A DNA stretch of 26,569 nt from Planctomycetaceae bacterium (GTDB lineage: Bacteria > Planctomycetota > Planctomycetia > Planctomycetales > Planctomycetaceae). This document shows, piece after piece, positions 1 through 8,057 of the stretch. Below the pieces are notes generated by a model. That model saw only the letters and a list, made by a program, of their open reading frames with translations. It ran no database searches and was not told where the DNA came from. The stretch spans positions 1-26,569 of the forward strand of contig DATKBI010000089.1 of NCBI GenBank assembly GCA_035514115.1, written 5' to 3'. Both the position numbers and the translations under genes were made by a program. The stretch's first letter is position 1. The number at the start of each line of letters is the position of its first letter.

Positions 1-765
1 TTCCTGAAGCACTCCGTCGCGCCTGAAGGCATCTCGGCGGGAGTCGAAAACGTGGACTGCTTCGAGCTGGATTCGCCCGAAAAACCGCTCGCGAAACCGC
101 CGGAAGTAAGGACCCGACGTGAAGCTTCGCGGAGTGATAAAAACCAGTTCGCCGCCCGGCGCGAGGAGCGAGGCCGAAACGGCCATGAACAGCGCGTAGA
201 TGTTTGGCTGACCATGCACGACATGATCGGCCGCCCTGGCACGCGGATCCGACTTCGGGAGTTTGAAATACGGCGGGTTTCCGATGACAACATCGTACTC
301 GGCCCGCTCCTGCCCGTTGCCGAAGAGCGACTCGCTTCGGCGAAGCTGTGGCGCATGCTCGAGGATGAAGTCCTCCGAGAGTGCGCGATGCTTCACGGCG
401 AGCCCGCGTCGCCGCAGTTGCGTCTCCAGGTGGCCCAACACCTGCTTGAGGATCGGAAGCAGTCTGGGATCACACTCGTACGCGTCGATCACGATGCGCC
501 GCGGCGGCGGAGTGCGTCGCGAGAGCCCTTCCGCCACGGCACATGCCAGCACACCAGTTCCAGCCCCGGGATCGAGAATCCGAACCTCCTCCGCGTCGCA
601 GTCCACGAGCGAAGCCATGAACTCGGCAACTGCGACGGGCGTCAGGAACTGGCCGTACCGCTTTTTGTGAGTGGCCGAGGTTCCCAGCGCGTACGCTCGC
701 CCTGCGCGGTCCGCGAAGACCGTGGGACGCTCGTCGGGAATGGGTCTGAATGAGTCGGAGAGCAT
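1..765 (-). CDS. N6-adenine DNA methyltransferase of the Eco57I/TaqI gamma class, N-terminal part only. The gene continues past the window's 5' edge, so the C-terminus lies outside.
   Basis: I translated the minus strand by hand. It starts with ATG (complement of 763-765) after an in-frame TGA. It carries the SAM-binding motif I ILDPGAGTGVLACAVAEGL and the catalytic motif IV VVIGNPPYFKL in the gamma-class order. The frame stays open to position 1. The plus-strand ORF 52-753 is its antisense shadow. Confidence 0.8.
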   Translation of the reverse strand, partial: MLSDSFRPIPDERPTVFADRAGRAYALGTSATHKKRYGQFLTPVAVAEFMASLVDCDAEEVRILDPGAGTGVLACAVAEGLSRRTPPPRRIVIDAYECDPRLLPILKQVLGHLETQLRRRGLAVKHRALSEDFILEHAPQLRRSESLFGNGQERAEYDVVIGNPPYFKLPKSDPRARAADHVVHGQPNIYALFMAVSASLLAPGGELVFITPRSFTSGPYFRRFRERFFGRIQLEAVHVFDSRRDAFRRDGVLQE

Positions 766-1049
766 CGGCGAGTGCACGTCGGCAGGTTTGCGCGCCACAT
801 ACGGTTTTCAACGCGGGCTTATTCTGATGTATACGTCTTTGCTTGACAAGCGACCGCGCGTGAATCCACGCAGCCGGCCGGATGGCCGCGGCCGACTGGC
901 GGGGAGTTGAGTGGTCCGGCGACGATTCCTGGCTGTCATCGTGTTCGTAATGGCCGGGGGCCCTGCCGGTGTCTTGTCGCACGACGGGGCTTACCGTACA
1001 TTTTGGAACGCCCCACACACGACCGACCACCCAGGACCGACCACTCACC

Positions 1050-1517
1050 ATGCCCACCGAACGCACGCTGATCCTCATCAAGCCCGACGCCGTCCAGCGC
1101 CGCCTCGCCGGCCGGATTCTGACCCGCCTCGAGGAGCGCGGGCTGAAGATCGTCGGCCTGAAGATGCTCCAGATCACGCGGGACCTGTCGCGGCACCACT
1201 ACGCCGAGCACGTCAACAAGCCGTTCTATCCGCTGCTCGAATCGTTCATCACCTCCGGTCCCGTCGTGGCTCTGGTCGCTGAAGGCCCGCAGGCCGTGTC
1301 CGTCGTCCGCGCCATGCTGGGTCCGACCAACGGCCGCGATGCCGCGCCCGGCACGATCCGCGGCGACTTTGGCCTGAGCCGGCAGATGAACCTGGTCCAC
1401 GGCAGCGACAGCCCCGCCGCCGCCGCCCGCGAGATTGAGATCTATTTCCGCCCCGAGGAGCTGCTCGACTACGACACAACCCTCGGCCACTGGGTCTGCG
1501 CCGACGACGAGCGCTGA
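1050..1517 (+). CDS. ndk: nucleoside diphosphate kinase
   Basis: The translation MPTERTLILIKPDAVQRRLAGRILTRLEERGLKIVGLKM...NLVHGSDSPAAAAREIEIYF carries the canonical Ndk motifs, including the active-site NxxHGSD. It is about 155 aa. The ORF-track entry 969-1517 has a spurious N-terminal extension. Confidence 0.95.
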   Translation: MPTERTLILIKPDAVQRRLAGRILTRLEERGLKIVGLKMLQITRDLSRHHYAEHVNKPFYPLLESFITSGPVVALVAEGPQAVSVVRAMLGPTNGRDAAPGTIRGDFGLSRQMNLVHGSDSPAAAAREIEIYFRPEELLDYDTTLGHWVCADDER

Positions 1518-1622
1518 GAGGTCGTGAAGGAAAGGGGACAGGCACGCTCGCGGAAGCTGTTTCGCCGGCATTTCGAACATGGGCCGCGAGCCAGTCCCCT
1601 TTCCTTCACACGCGCTGAGAGG
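1511..1622. mobile_element. MITE-like element with perfect 16-bp terminal inverted repeats (1524-1539 and 1594-1609) flanked by an 11-bp direct repeat
   Basis: The two arms, GTGAAGGAAAGGGGAC and GTCCCCTTTCCTTCAC, are exact reverse complements separated by 54 nt. An inner second stem pairs CGCTCGCGG with CCGCGAGC. The element is flanked by direct copies of GCGCTGAGAGG at 1511-1521 and 1612-1622. The first copy contains the ndk TGA stop and the second supplies the GAGAGG ribosome-binding site of nqrA. Confidence 0.5.
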
Positions 1623-1629
1623 TTGTGGC

Positions 1630-2976
1630 ATGATCAGAATCAGACGGGGCGTCGACATCCCGCTCGCGGGAGAGCCCGTCCAGGCAATTTCCAGCGCACC
1701 GGCCGTCCGCACCGTCGGGCTGGTCGGTGACGATTACGTCGGCGTCAAGCCCGCCCTGGCCGTCCGCGAAGGCGAAGACGTCGCCCTCGGACAGGTGCTG
1801 TTCACCGACCGCAGGAATCCCGGCGTGCAGTTCACGTCGCCGGGCTGCGGCACCGTCGCGGCGATCAATCGCGGGGCCAAACGCGCGTTCCAGTCGATCG
1901 TCATCGCGCTCGACGGCGACGAAGAGCAGACGTTTCAGTCGTATTTCGACGCCGACCTGACGACGCTCACCCGCGAGCAGGTCCGCCGCAGCCTGCTCGA
2001 ATCAGGACTGTGGACGGCCCTCCGCACGCGGCCCTACAGCAGAATTCCGTCCCCCGAGACGGCCCCGCATTCGATCTTCGTCACCGCGATCGACACGAAT
2101 CCGCACGCGGCCCGCCCCGAGGTCGCCATCGCCGAGCACGAGCTGCCCTTCATCTACGGGCTGAACGTCCTGCGGCATCTCTCAGACGGCAAGCTCTACG
2201 TCTGCAAGCGGCCCGGCGCGCCCGTTCCCGGACGCGAGCTGAAGTTCACGACGTTCGTCGAGTTCGCCGGCCCCCATCCCGCCGGCCTGCCTGGCACGCA
2301 CATCCACGTCCTCGATCCCGTCGGGCCGCACAAGACGGTCTGGCACATCTCGTGGGCGGACGTCATCGCCATCGGCCGGCTGTTCACCTCCGGCCGTCTG
2401 CCGGTCGAGCGCGTCGTCTCGCTCGCCGGGCCCGCCGTCAGGAATCCGCGGCTCGTGAGGACCCGCCTGGGTGTGAACGTCATCGAGCTGATGGCGGGTG
2501 AAACCGCCCCGGGAGACCATCGCCTGATCTCCGGCTCCGTGCTCAGCGGCCGGGCGGCGGTCGAGCCGTTCCAGTTCCTGGGCCGCTACCACGCGCAGGT
2601 CTCCGCCCTGCGTGAAGGCCGCGAGCGCGTCTTCCTGGGCTGGCAGACACTCGGCTTCCGCAAGTTCTCGGTGAAGAAGGTCTACGCCTCGGCGTTCTTC
2701 GGCGCCGGCCATCCGCTGGAGTTCACCACCTCGCTCGAAGGCAGCAAGCGGCCGATGGTTCCCGTCGGCACCTACGAGACCGTCATGCCGCTGGACATCC
2801 AGCCCACGTACCTGCTCCGCTCGCTGATCGTCGGCGACACCGAACAGGCCCAGGCCCTCGGCTGCCTCGAGCTCGACGAAGACGACCTCGCCCTGTGCAC
2901 CTTCGTGTGCCCCGGCAAATACGAATACGGCCCGCTCCTGCGGCAGACGCTCAATCGAATCGAACGCGAAGGTTGA
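1630..2976 (+). CDS. nqrA: Na+-translocating NADH:quinone oxidoreductase subunit A, stand-alone
   Basis: The N-terminus [18 protein letters not shown] is typical of NqrA, and the 448-aa length matches. The start is the ATG at 1630, 7 nt after a GAGAGG ribosome-binding site. No nqrB-F genes follow; the next gene is convergent. Confidence 0.85.
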   Translation: MIRIRRGVDIPLAGEPVQAISSAPAVRTVGLVGDDYVGVKPALAVREGEDVALGQVLFTDRRNPGVQFTSPGCGTVAAINRGAKRAFQSIVIALDGDEEQTFQSYFDADLTTLTREQVRRSLLESGLWTALRTRPYSRIPSPETAPHSIFVTAIDTNPHAARPEVAIAEHELPFIYGLNVLRHLSDGKLYVCKRPGAPVPGRELKFTTFVEFAGPHPAGLPGTHIHVLDPVGPHKTVWHISWADVIAIGRLFTSGRLPVERVVSLAGPAVRNPRLVRTRLGVNVIELMAGETAPGDHRLISGSVLSGRAAVEPFQFLGRYHAQVSALREGRERVFLGWQTLGFRKFSVKKVYASAFFGAGHPLEFTTSLEGSKRPMVPVGTYETVMPLDIQPTYLLRSLIVGDTEQAQALGCLELDEDDLALCTFVCPGKYEYGPLLRQTLNRIEREG

Positions 2977-3013
2977 CGTCCCGGAGGAGACCTCTCGCTC
3001 TGGAATCGTGCCC

Positions 3014-4270
3014 CTATCCGCCGCCGTCCAGCGCCACCACCCGCGACCCCGGATAGTAGTACCGCAGAATGTCCGCTGCCGTTCGTCCCGCCGAGGCCAG
3101 CCCGCGCGCGCCCCACTGGCACAAGCCCACCCCGTGGCCGTGGCCGCGGCCGTGGAACGTGACCTCGGCGGGGCCCGGCTCGAGGGCGAACCGTGGACTG
3201 GGCAGCGACGCCCCCACGAGCCGGCTGCGGAGCGTGGCCGCGGCGATGCGGTGCTCGCGGCGGCCGTCGCTGACCAGCAGCTCGACCGTCCCGTCCGGGC
3301 GGTCCCGCGCGGCGGCCGATCGCAACGAGTCGAACGCCAGCCCCTCGCCCGCCAGCAGCTCGAGCAGCTTCGCCTCAAACTGCGACCGCGGAACGGTCCG
3401 CGTCCAGCGATACAGCGGCGCCTCGCGGCAGAACGCGCACGGCACGCTCGCCAGTTCCGTCGCGTCGGCGAACACCGCCCGTCCTGCGACCGTCCGCCCG
3501 CCGCAGACGGCGGAGTAATACGTGCAGAACAACCGGCCGCCGCGCGTCGAAACCATGCCCGCCGTGTCGGCGGCGATCTCGCGGCTGGCGGCGCTTTCGC
3601 CGGCCAGCCGCCGGCCGTCGCCGCTGCGATATTGAAATCCCAGGTACCGCTGGCTGCGCGTGCTGGCGAATACGTCGAACAGGGGATGCCGCCGCTCCCG
3701 CTGCCACAACGCATACGTCCGCGCCACGATCGCCTGCGCCCGGCGGGCCTCGTCGGGGAACGCCGCCGGCATCTCGCTGTCGATCACCGACGCGACGTAT
3801 TCCTCCAGCGGCAATACGTTCACGGCCAGCAGCCGGCCGCCCGGCTGGCGGAACAGCCGCAGGCGGCCGCGGTACTGGTGCCCGGCGGCCCAAACCGCCG
3901 GCGAGCGGTCGGGGACGATCTCGACCCGCGAGACGGCCAGCGTCTGCCGGCCGATCTGAAGCCCGTCGGCCGTGGCCGTGACGATCGTTTCGGGCAGCCG
4001 CGCGCCGCGCGCCAGATCCTGCGCGACTCCCACGGGCTGGACGCGATAGCCGCCGTCGACGGCGATTTCGATCCGCTCGACCGGCTCGTCGGTCAGGCAC
4101 ACGCGGATGTCGGGAGAAAAACGGGGCCGGACTGGCTGCGGCAGGCTGAGCGGCGGCCCCCCGAGGCGCGGCGGCTGCGGCCCCGCGGTCTGCGGCGAGA
4201 CGTCGAGACAGACCGCCGCCGCGATCAGAGCGGCGAGCAGCCCGATGCAGACGGCGATCCCTCGCGGCAT
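3014..4270 (-). CDS. SpoIID/LytB-domain protein (amidase enhancer-like), secreted
   Basis: It has an N-terminal signal peptide MPRGIAVCIGLLAALIAAAVC. The SpoIID core LPLEEYVASVIDSEMPAAFPDEARRAQAIVARTYAL is present, along with the conserved C-terminal GHGHGVGLCQWGA. The ribosome-binding site is GGAAGGA. Confidence 0.85.
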   Translation of the reverse strand: MPRGIAVCIGLLAALIAAAVCLDVSPQTAGPQPPRLGGPPLSLPQPVRPRFSPDIRVCLTDEPVERIEIAVDGGYRVQPVGVAQDLARGARLPETIVTATADGLQIGRQTLAVSRVEIVPDRSPAVWAAGHQYRGRLRLFRQPGGRLLAVNVLPLEEYVASVIDSEMPAAFPDEARRAQAIVARTYALWQRERRHPLFDVFASTRSQRYLGFQYRSGDGRRLAGESAASREIAADTAGMVSTRGGRLFCTYYSAVCGGRTVAGRAVFADATELASVPCAFCREAPLYRWTRTVPRSQFEAKLLELLAGEGLAFDSLRSAAARDRPDGTVELLVSDGRREHRIAAATLRSRLVGASLPSPRFALEPGPAEVTFHGRGHGHGVGLCQWGARGLASAGRTAADILRYYYPGSRVVALDGGG

Positions 4271-4382
4271 CGGCGATCCTTCCGTCGTTGTGAAAGAATG
4301 GGGACTGGCTCGCGGCCCCTACGCCGACTGCCCGCGAAATCAAACTCTGCGAGCGTGCCTGTCCGCATTCTTCCGCAACCGG

Positions 4383-5714
4383 TCAATCGTTCCGCAGCTT
4401 CAGGTTCATCTCACCCAGCCGTGTGCGGATTTCGTTGAGCGAGGTCACGCCGAAGTTTCGAGTGCCCAACAGCTCGTCGGGGGTCTTCTGGACCAGCTCG
4501 CCGACCGTCGTGAGGCCCAGCCGGGTCATGCACTTCCGCGCCCGGACCGAGAGGTTCAGATCGTTGACCGACCTGGTCAACACGGCCTGCTCCTGCGGCG
4601 AGAGGTCGCGCTCGAAGTACGCCGGCAGCGGCCGCGGTTTTCCCAGGTTCTGACCGATCTGCAAGTCGTGCTCGGCCATCAGGTCGCGGACTTCCTTGAG
4701 CGACGTCTCGCCGAAGTTCTTGCCGTTGAGCAATTCCTGCTCGCCGATCCGCGTCAGGTCGCCGAGCGTGTGGATGTTCATTCCCTGCAGGCAGTTGCGG
4801 CTGCGGACCGTCAGCTCGAAATCAGTGATCGGGCGGCTGAGCAGTTGCTCGAGCCGCGCCTGCCGGCGGGCTGACTCGTCGTCGTAGTACATGTCGCCGG
4901 CCGCCTCGATGTCCCGCAGGTACAGCCGCGCCCGGGCGTGCGTCGGGTCGTGCTCGAGGATCTTGCGGAAACAGTAGGCGGACGCCGCGTAGTTCTCCTG
5001 GTCTTCGTAGAGCAGCCCCAGGTTGAGCAGCGACCCCAGATACAACGGCGGGCGGGCCAGCGACCTCTCGTACAGCCGGATCGCAATCTCGTCGTTGCCC
5101 CGCAGCGCGTTCTCGGCGGCCAGCCGGAACAGCGCGCGCGAGTGGCGGGGATCCATGTCGACGGCCCGCTCGAAATACTCGATGGCACCGAACGCATCGC
5201 CCCGGTCGGCCAGGATGCAGCCCATCTGGTACGAATACTCGGCCCGGCTGGCGGCCTGGCGCGAGACGCTTCGCAGCACCTGCTCGGCCTCGTCGATTCG
5301 GCCCTGCGCCCGGATGGCGCCCGCGCGGCGAAGGGCGCACTCGACCGGATCGTAGCCGTACCCGGCCGCGTCGGCGAACTGCCCCTCGGCCTCGTCGTGG
5401 CGCTCCAGGGCCGTCAGCACCAGCCCGTGGTAGAAACACGCCGGACCGTTCTCGTTGGTGACCCACGACAGGTACTCGTCGGCCCGCCGGTGCTGGCCCA
5501 GCAGGTAGCAGGCGATGCCCGCGCGGGTCAGCAACTCCGGCGACGGCCGGTCGGTCGAGGCGATTTCGTCTTCGAGAGCCCGCAACTCCTGCCGGGCCTC
5601 GGAAAGCTGGGGACCGGAGAGAAGCCGGGTCAGCCGCTGGACGTCGCCCGCGGCGAGGGCGGGGTCTTCCCTCAGCAGTTCCCGCACGTTCGACGGTTCG
5701 GTCGCGGTGGCCAT
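4383..5714 (-). CDS. TPR-repeat protein with two C-terminal RNA polymerase alpha-subunit CTD-like helix-hairpin-helix domains
   Basis: The N-terminal half has TPR-like repeats. The C-terminus holds two copies of an alpha-CTD signature: ITDFELTVRSRNCLQGMNIHTLGDLTRIGEQELLNGKNFGETSLKEV and NDLNLSVRARKCMTRLGLTTVGELVQKTPDELLGTRNFGVTSLNEI. Compare E. coli RpoA DLELTVRSANCLK...NLGKKSLTEI. I trimmed the start to the ATG at 5714 (MATATEPSNV), which has an AGGAG site 7 nt upstream. The ORF-track version 4383-6149 has an implausible Arg/Gly-rich extension. Confidence 0.8.
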   Translation of the reverse strand: MATATEPSNVRELLREDPALAAGDVQRLTRLLSGPQLSEARQELRALEDEIASTDRPSPELLTRAGIACYLLGQHRRADEYLSWVTNENGPACFYHGLVLTALERHDEAEGQFADAAGYGYDPVECALRRAGAIRAQGRIDEAEQVLRSVSRQAASRAEYSYQMGCILADRGDAFGAIEYFERAVDMDPRHSRALFRLAAENALRGNDEIAIRLYERSLARPPLYLGSLLNLGLLYEDQENYAASAYCFRKILEHDPTHARARLYLRDIEAAGDMYYDDESARRQARLEQLLSRPITDFELTVRSRNCLQGMNIHTLGDLTRIGEQELLNGKNFGETSLKEVRDLMAEHDLQIGQNLGKPRPLPAYFERDLSPQEQAVLTRSVNDLNLSVRARKCMTRLGLTTVGELVQKTPDELLGTRNFGVTSLNEIRTRLGEMNLKLRND

Positions 5715-5763
5715 GCGCGCTCCTGGAAGAATGGAACCGGGCCTGGGGAGACAGGGGGCTTGA

Positions 5764-5791
5764 AGTATAGTCAGTCGGCCGGCTTCTGCAA
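5764..5791 (-). promoter_or_regulatory. sigma70-like promoter, TTGCAG-16-TATACT on the minus strand, upstream of the TPR/alpha-CTD gene
   Basis: Reverse-complementing 5764-5791 gives TTGCAG, a 16-nt spacer and TATACT. It lies about 50 nt upstream of the ATG at 5714. Confidence 0.3.
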
Positions 5792-5797
5792 ACGATC

Positions 5798-7081
5798 CTA
5801 CTGCCCCAGCAGGTTGGCCAGCGGCCGCAACGACCGGAAGTGCTCGCAGATGATCTTCGCAATCCCCAGCACGGGCACGGCAATCAGCACGCCGCCAATG
5901 CCCCACATCCACCCCCACACGACCAGCGACAGAAACACCAGGACCGGGCTCAGGCTCATCGAACGCCCGAGCAGCATCGGAGTAATCAGATTGCCCTCGA
6001 TCGAGTTGATGACGAAATACGACAGCGGCGCCAGCGCCGCGTACGCCACCGAGTCGAACTGAATCAGGGCGGCGACGCCCACGGCGATGGCCCCCACCAG
6101 CGCGCCCAGGTAGGGGACAAAGTTGAGCGCCGCCGCCATCACGCCCCACAACAGCGGGTTGGGCAGCCCGAGCAGCCCCATCACCGAGCCGATCACGATC
6201 CCCAGACAGGCGTTGATGACTGTGATCGTGCCCAGGTATCGCGAAATGCCCTGCTCGATGTTCCGCACCAGTTCGACGATGCCACGCTTGTCGCGGAACG
6301 TGGGCCGGAGTTGGAGGATCTTGTTGAGGAAGGAATCCCCCAAAGCCAGCAGCAGGTACAACAGGACCACGACGATCACCACCCCCGCCGAGACCTCTCC
6401 CGTCGAAGTCAGCACGGTCTGCGTCAGGCTCGGTTGCCTGAACTCCACGACCTGGACCTCAGGCTCAGGATCGGCCTCGACCTCGGGCGACGTGGCTGAG
6501 CCGCCGGCTCCGGCCGCGGGCGCCGGGGCGGCGATTTGCTGGACTTGCTTCGAGGCCCGCTCGATGTTGCGGATCCGCTGGAACACGTACCAGAACTTGA
6601 CTTCGACCTGTCTGAGGTTGTCCGGGATCTCTTCGAACCAAGTCGTGGCCGGGCTGGCCAGCACGTAGATCCCCGTGCCGGCCGTCACCAGCAGGCCAGA
6701 CACAACCACCGCGGCCCCGGCCAGCGCCGGCACGCGCCGCCGCTGCATCCACCGCACCATCGGCCGAAACAGGAAATACAGGATGCAGGACAGAATGATC
6801 GGAAACAGCAGCGATCGGCCGAGGTAGACAGTGTAGATGACCGCCAGCGTCGCCAGAATCGTGAGCGCGACGGGGCGATGCCGGGGACCGTAGACCGCCG
6901 GCCGCCGCTTCGGCCACGGCTCAAAATCCGGAGGGCTCGGCGCGTCCCGTCCGTTCCCCGCCTCTGCCGGCAATGCGACGGCCGGCGCGCTCGGCGGCGG
7001 CGCCGGCGGAGCCGCTCCGCTGCCACTGTCACCGCTCGCTGGCTCGGAGCGTCGAACTGAAGGCTGCGTACGAGCGGGCAT
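5798..7081 (-). CDS. AI-2E family transporter (PerM/YhhT/TqsA-like permease)
   Basis: It is a multi-TM protein with the pattern LNFVPYLGALVGAIAVGVAALIQF...SPVLVFLSLVVWGWMWGIGGVLIAVPV characteristic of the AI-2E/UPF0118 family. A Pro/Ala-rich N-terminal extension precedes the first TM. Confidence 0.85.
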   Translation of the reverse strand: MPARTQPSVRRSEPASGDSGSGAAPPAPPPSAPAVALPAEAGNGRDAPSPPDFEPWPKRRPAVYGPRHRPVALTILATLAVIYTVYLGRSLLFPIILSCILYFLFRPMVRWMQRRRVPALAGAAVVVSGLLVTAGTGIYVLASPATTWFEEIPDNLRQVEVKFWYVFQRIRNIERASKQVQQIAAPAPAAGAGGSATSPEVEADPEPEVQVVEFRQPSLTQTVLTSTGEVSAGVVIVVVLLYLLLALGDSFLNKILQLRPTFRDKRGIVELVRNIEQGISRYLGTITVINACLGIVIGSVMGLLGLPNPLLWGVMAAALNFVPYLGALVGAIAVGVAALIQFDSVAYAALAPLSYFVINSIEGNLITPMLLGRSMSLSPVLVFLSLVVWGWMWGIGGVLIAVPVLGIAKIICEHFRSLRPLANLLGQ

Positions 7082-7096
7082 GGCGGCTGATCGTTC

Positions 7097-7276
7097 TTAC
7101 CACGGCTTGAGCTTCCAGCCCAGCACGAAACCGATGCCGAAACACCACAAGGCGGCCACCTCGGGCTTTTGGCGGGCATAGTCCTTCACGTACGTAATGA
7201 GATCCTGGGCCGGCCGGCGGACCTGCCGGTCCGCCTCGTTGGTCGAGCTGCTGCGGGTCTTCTGGGCCGTCGCCAT
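7097..7276 (-). CDS. small membrane-anchored protein (59 aa) with a DUF883/ElaB-like C-terminal tail
   Basis: My own translation is MATAQKTRSSSTNEADRQVRRPAQDLITYVKDYARQKPEVAALWCFGIGFVLGWKLKPW. A GAGGAG site sits 9 nt upstream. It is not in the ORF track because it falls under the length cut-off. Confidence 0.45.
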   Translation of the reverse strand: MATAQKTRSSSTNEADRQVRRPAQDLITYVKDYARQKPEVAALWCFGIGFVLGWKLKPW

Positions 7277-7419
7277 TCGACTGGTCTCCTCGGAAAAGCG
7301 GCGGTCGTGCCGCGGACAGGCTCAGGAGCGGGGACTGGCCTCCGTGCCACTCCATGTTGCGTCTCCACCGGTCCGCCCGGCAGAAGGCCAGTCCCCGCCC
7401 CTGGCGAAGGTCGCTGAAA

Positions 7420-7869
7420 TTACACGCGCTCCCGTGTGCGGCGGCTGCCGCTGCGGAGCACACTCTTGATCCACGTCAGGTTCTGTGAAAACTCGTCCCG
7501 TGAGCGCTCGAAGACGGCAAACGTCGTGCGGATTGTCCGCCAGGCGAACCACCCCAGCACGCCGCTGACCGCAACCCCGATCGCCGCGGCGATCAGCAGC
7601 GACGCCCACAGGGGCAGTCCCGTCAAGGCGATGAGCCAGGCCAGACCCAGCAACAGGACGGGAAAGCTGGACAGCAGGAGGACCACCCCGACGACGCCCA
7701 GCACGAGCGGCCGCAGAGCCCTGTTCCGCGCTTCGCGCAGGTCCACGAGCAACAGCCGGCCCTGCAATTCGCCCAGAGTCAGAACGTCGTGCGCGAAGTC
7801 CCCCACGTTCAGCCGCAGCGCCGTGCCGGCCTTTTGTCCGCGCCCGTTTACCGTCGCTTGATCAGCCAT
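7420..7869 (-). CDS. phage-holin-family / YqjE-like (DUF1469) inner-membrane protein
   Basis: It has two hydrophobic helices (VLGVVGVVLLLSSFPVLLLGLAWLIALTG and LIAAAIGVAVSGVLGWFAW). It follows a DUF883 gene in the same order as E. coli yqjD-yqjE. A GGGAG ribosome-binding site is present. Confidence 0.65.
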   Translation of the reverse strand: MADQATVNGRGQKAGTALRLNVGDFAHDVLTLGELQGRLLLVDLREARNRALRPLVLGVVGVVLLLSSFPVLLLGLAWLIALTGLPLWASLLIAAAIGVAVSGVLGWFAWRTIRTTFAVFERSRDEFSQNLTWIKSVLRSGSRRTRERV

Positions 7870-8057
7870 CCAATCGTCACTCCCACGGCCAGGCCGATGC
7901 CGAGCGTCCAGGTCGGATGATCGGCGAGTTGCTTCTCAAGCCAGTTCGTCCACCCGCCGCCCCGGTTGTCTTCGGAGCGTTGCGTGCGGCCCGTCAGGCT
8001 GGTGGCCTGGCGCGTGCCGGTGGACCACAAGTCCTTGATCCGGTTCGTCAGTTTCAT
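7848..8057 (-). CDS. DUF883 (YqjD/ElaB/YgaM-like) small membrane-anchored stress protein
   Basis: The 69-aa protein has a C-terminal tail-anchor motif HPTWTLGIGLAVGVTIGWLIKRR typical of DUF883. It overlaps the downstream YqjE-like gene by 22 nt. Confidence 0.7.
   Translation of the reverse strand: MKLTNRIKDLWSTGTRQATSLTGRTQRSEDNRGGGWTNWLEKQLADHPTWTLGIGLAVGVTIGWLIKRR

Noticed and set aside
52-753. 233-aa plus-strand ORF overlapping the start of the window
   Set aside because: It is the antisense shadow of the minus-strand N6-adenine methyltransferase, whose DPGAGTG and NPPY motifs are unambiguous. The plus-strand translation is low-complexity and Arg-rich with no recognisable domain.
844-849. 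TTGACA hexamer in the MTase/ndk divergent region as a -35 element
   Set aside because: No acceptable -10 hexamer lies 16-18 nt downstream on either strand, so I do not call it a promoter.
2182-4438. Overlapping ORFs 2182-3714 (-), 3008-4438 (+), 3375-4343 (-) and others around nqrA and SpoIID
   Set aside because: They are alternative frames or strands of the well-supported nqrA (+) and SpoIID/LytB (-) genes, and their translations are proline/arginine-rich junk.
4822-6062. ORFs 4822-5883 (-), 4938-6062 (+) and 4811-5197 (-) within the TPR/alpha-CTD and AI-2E transporter region
   Set aside because: These are wrong-frame overlaps. The chosen frames show TPR repeats, alpha-CTD signatures and multi-TM transporter motifs.
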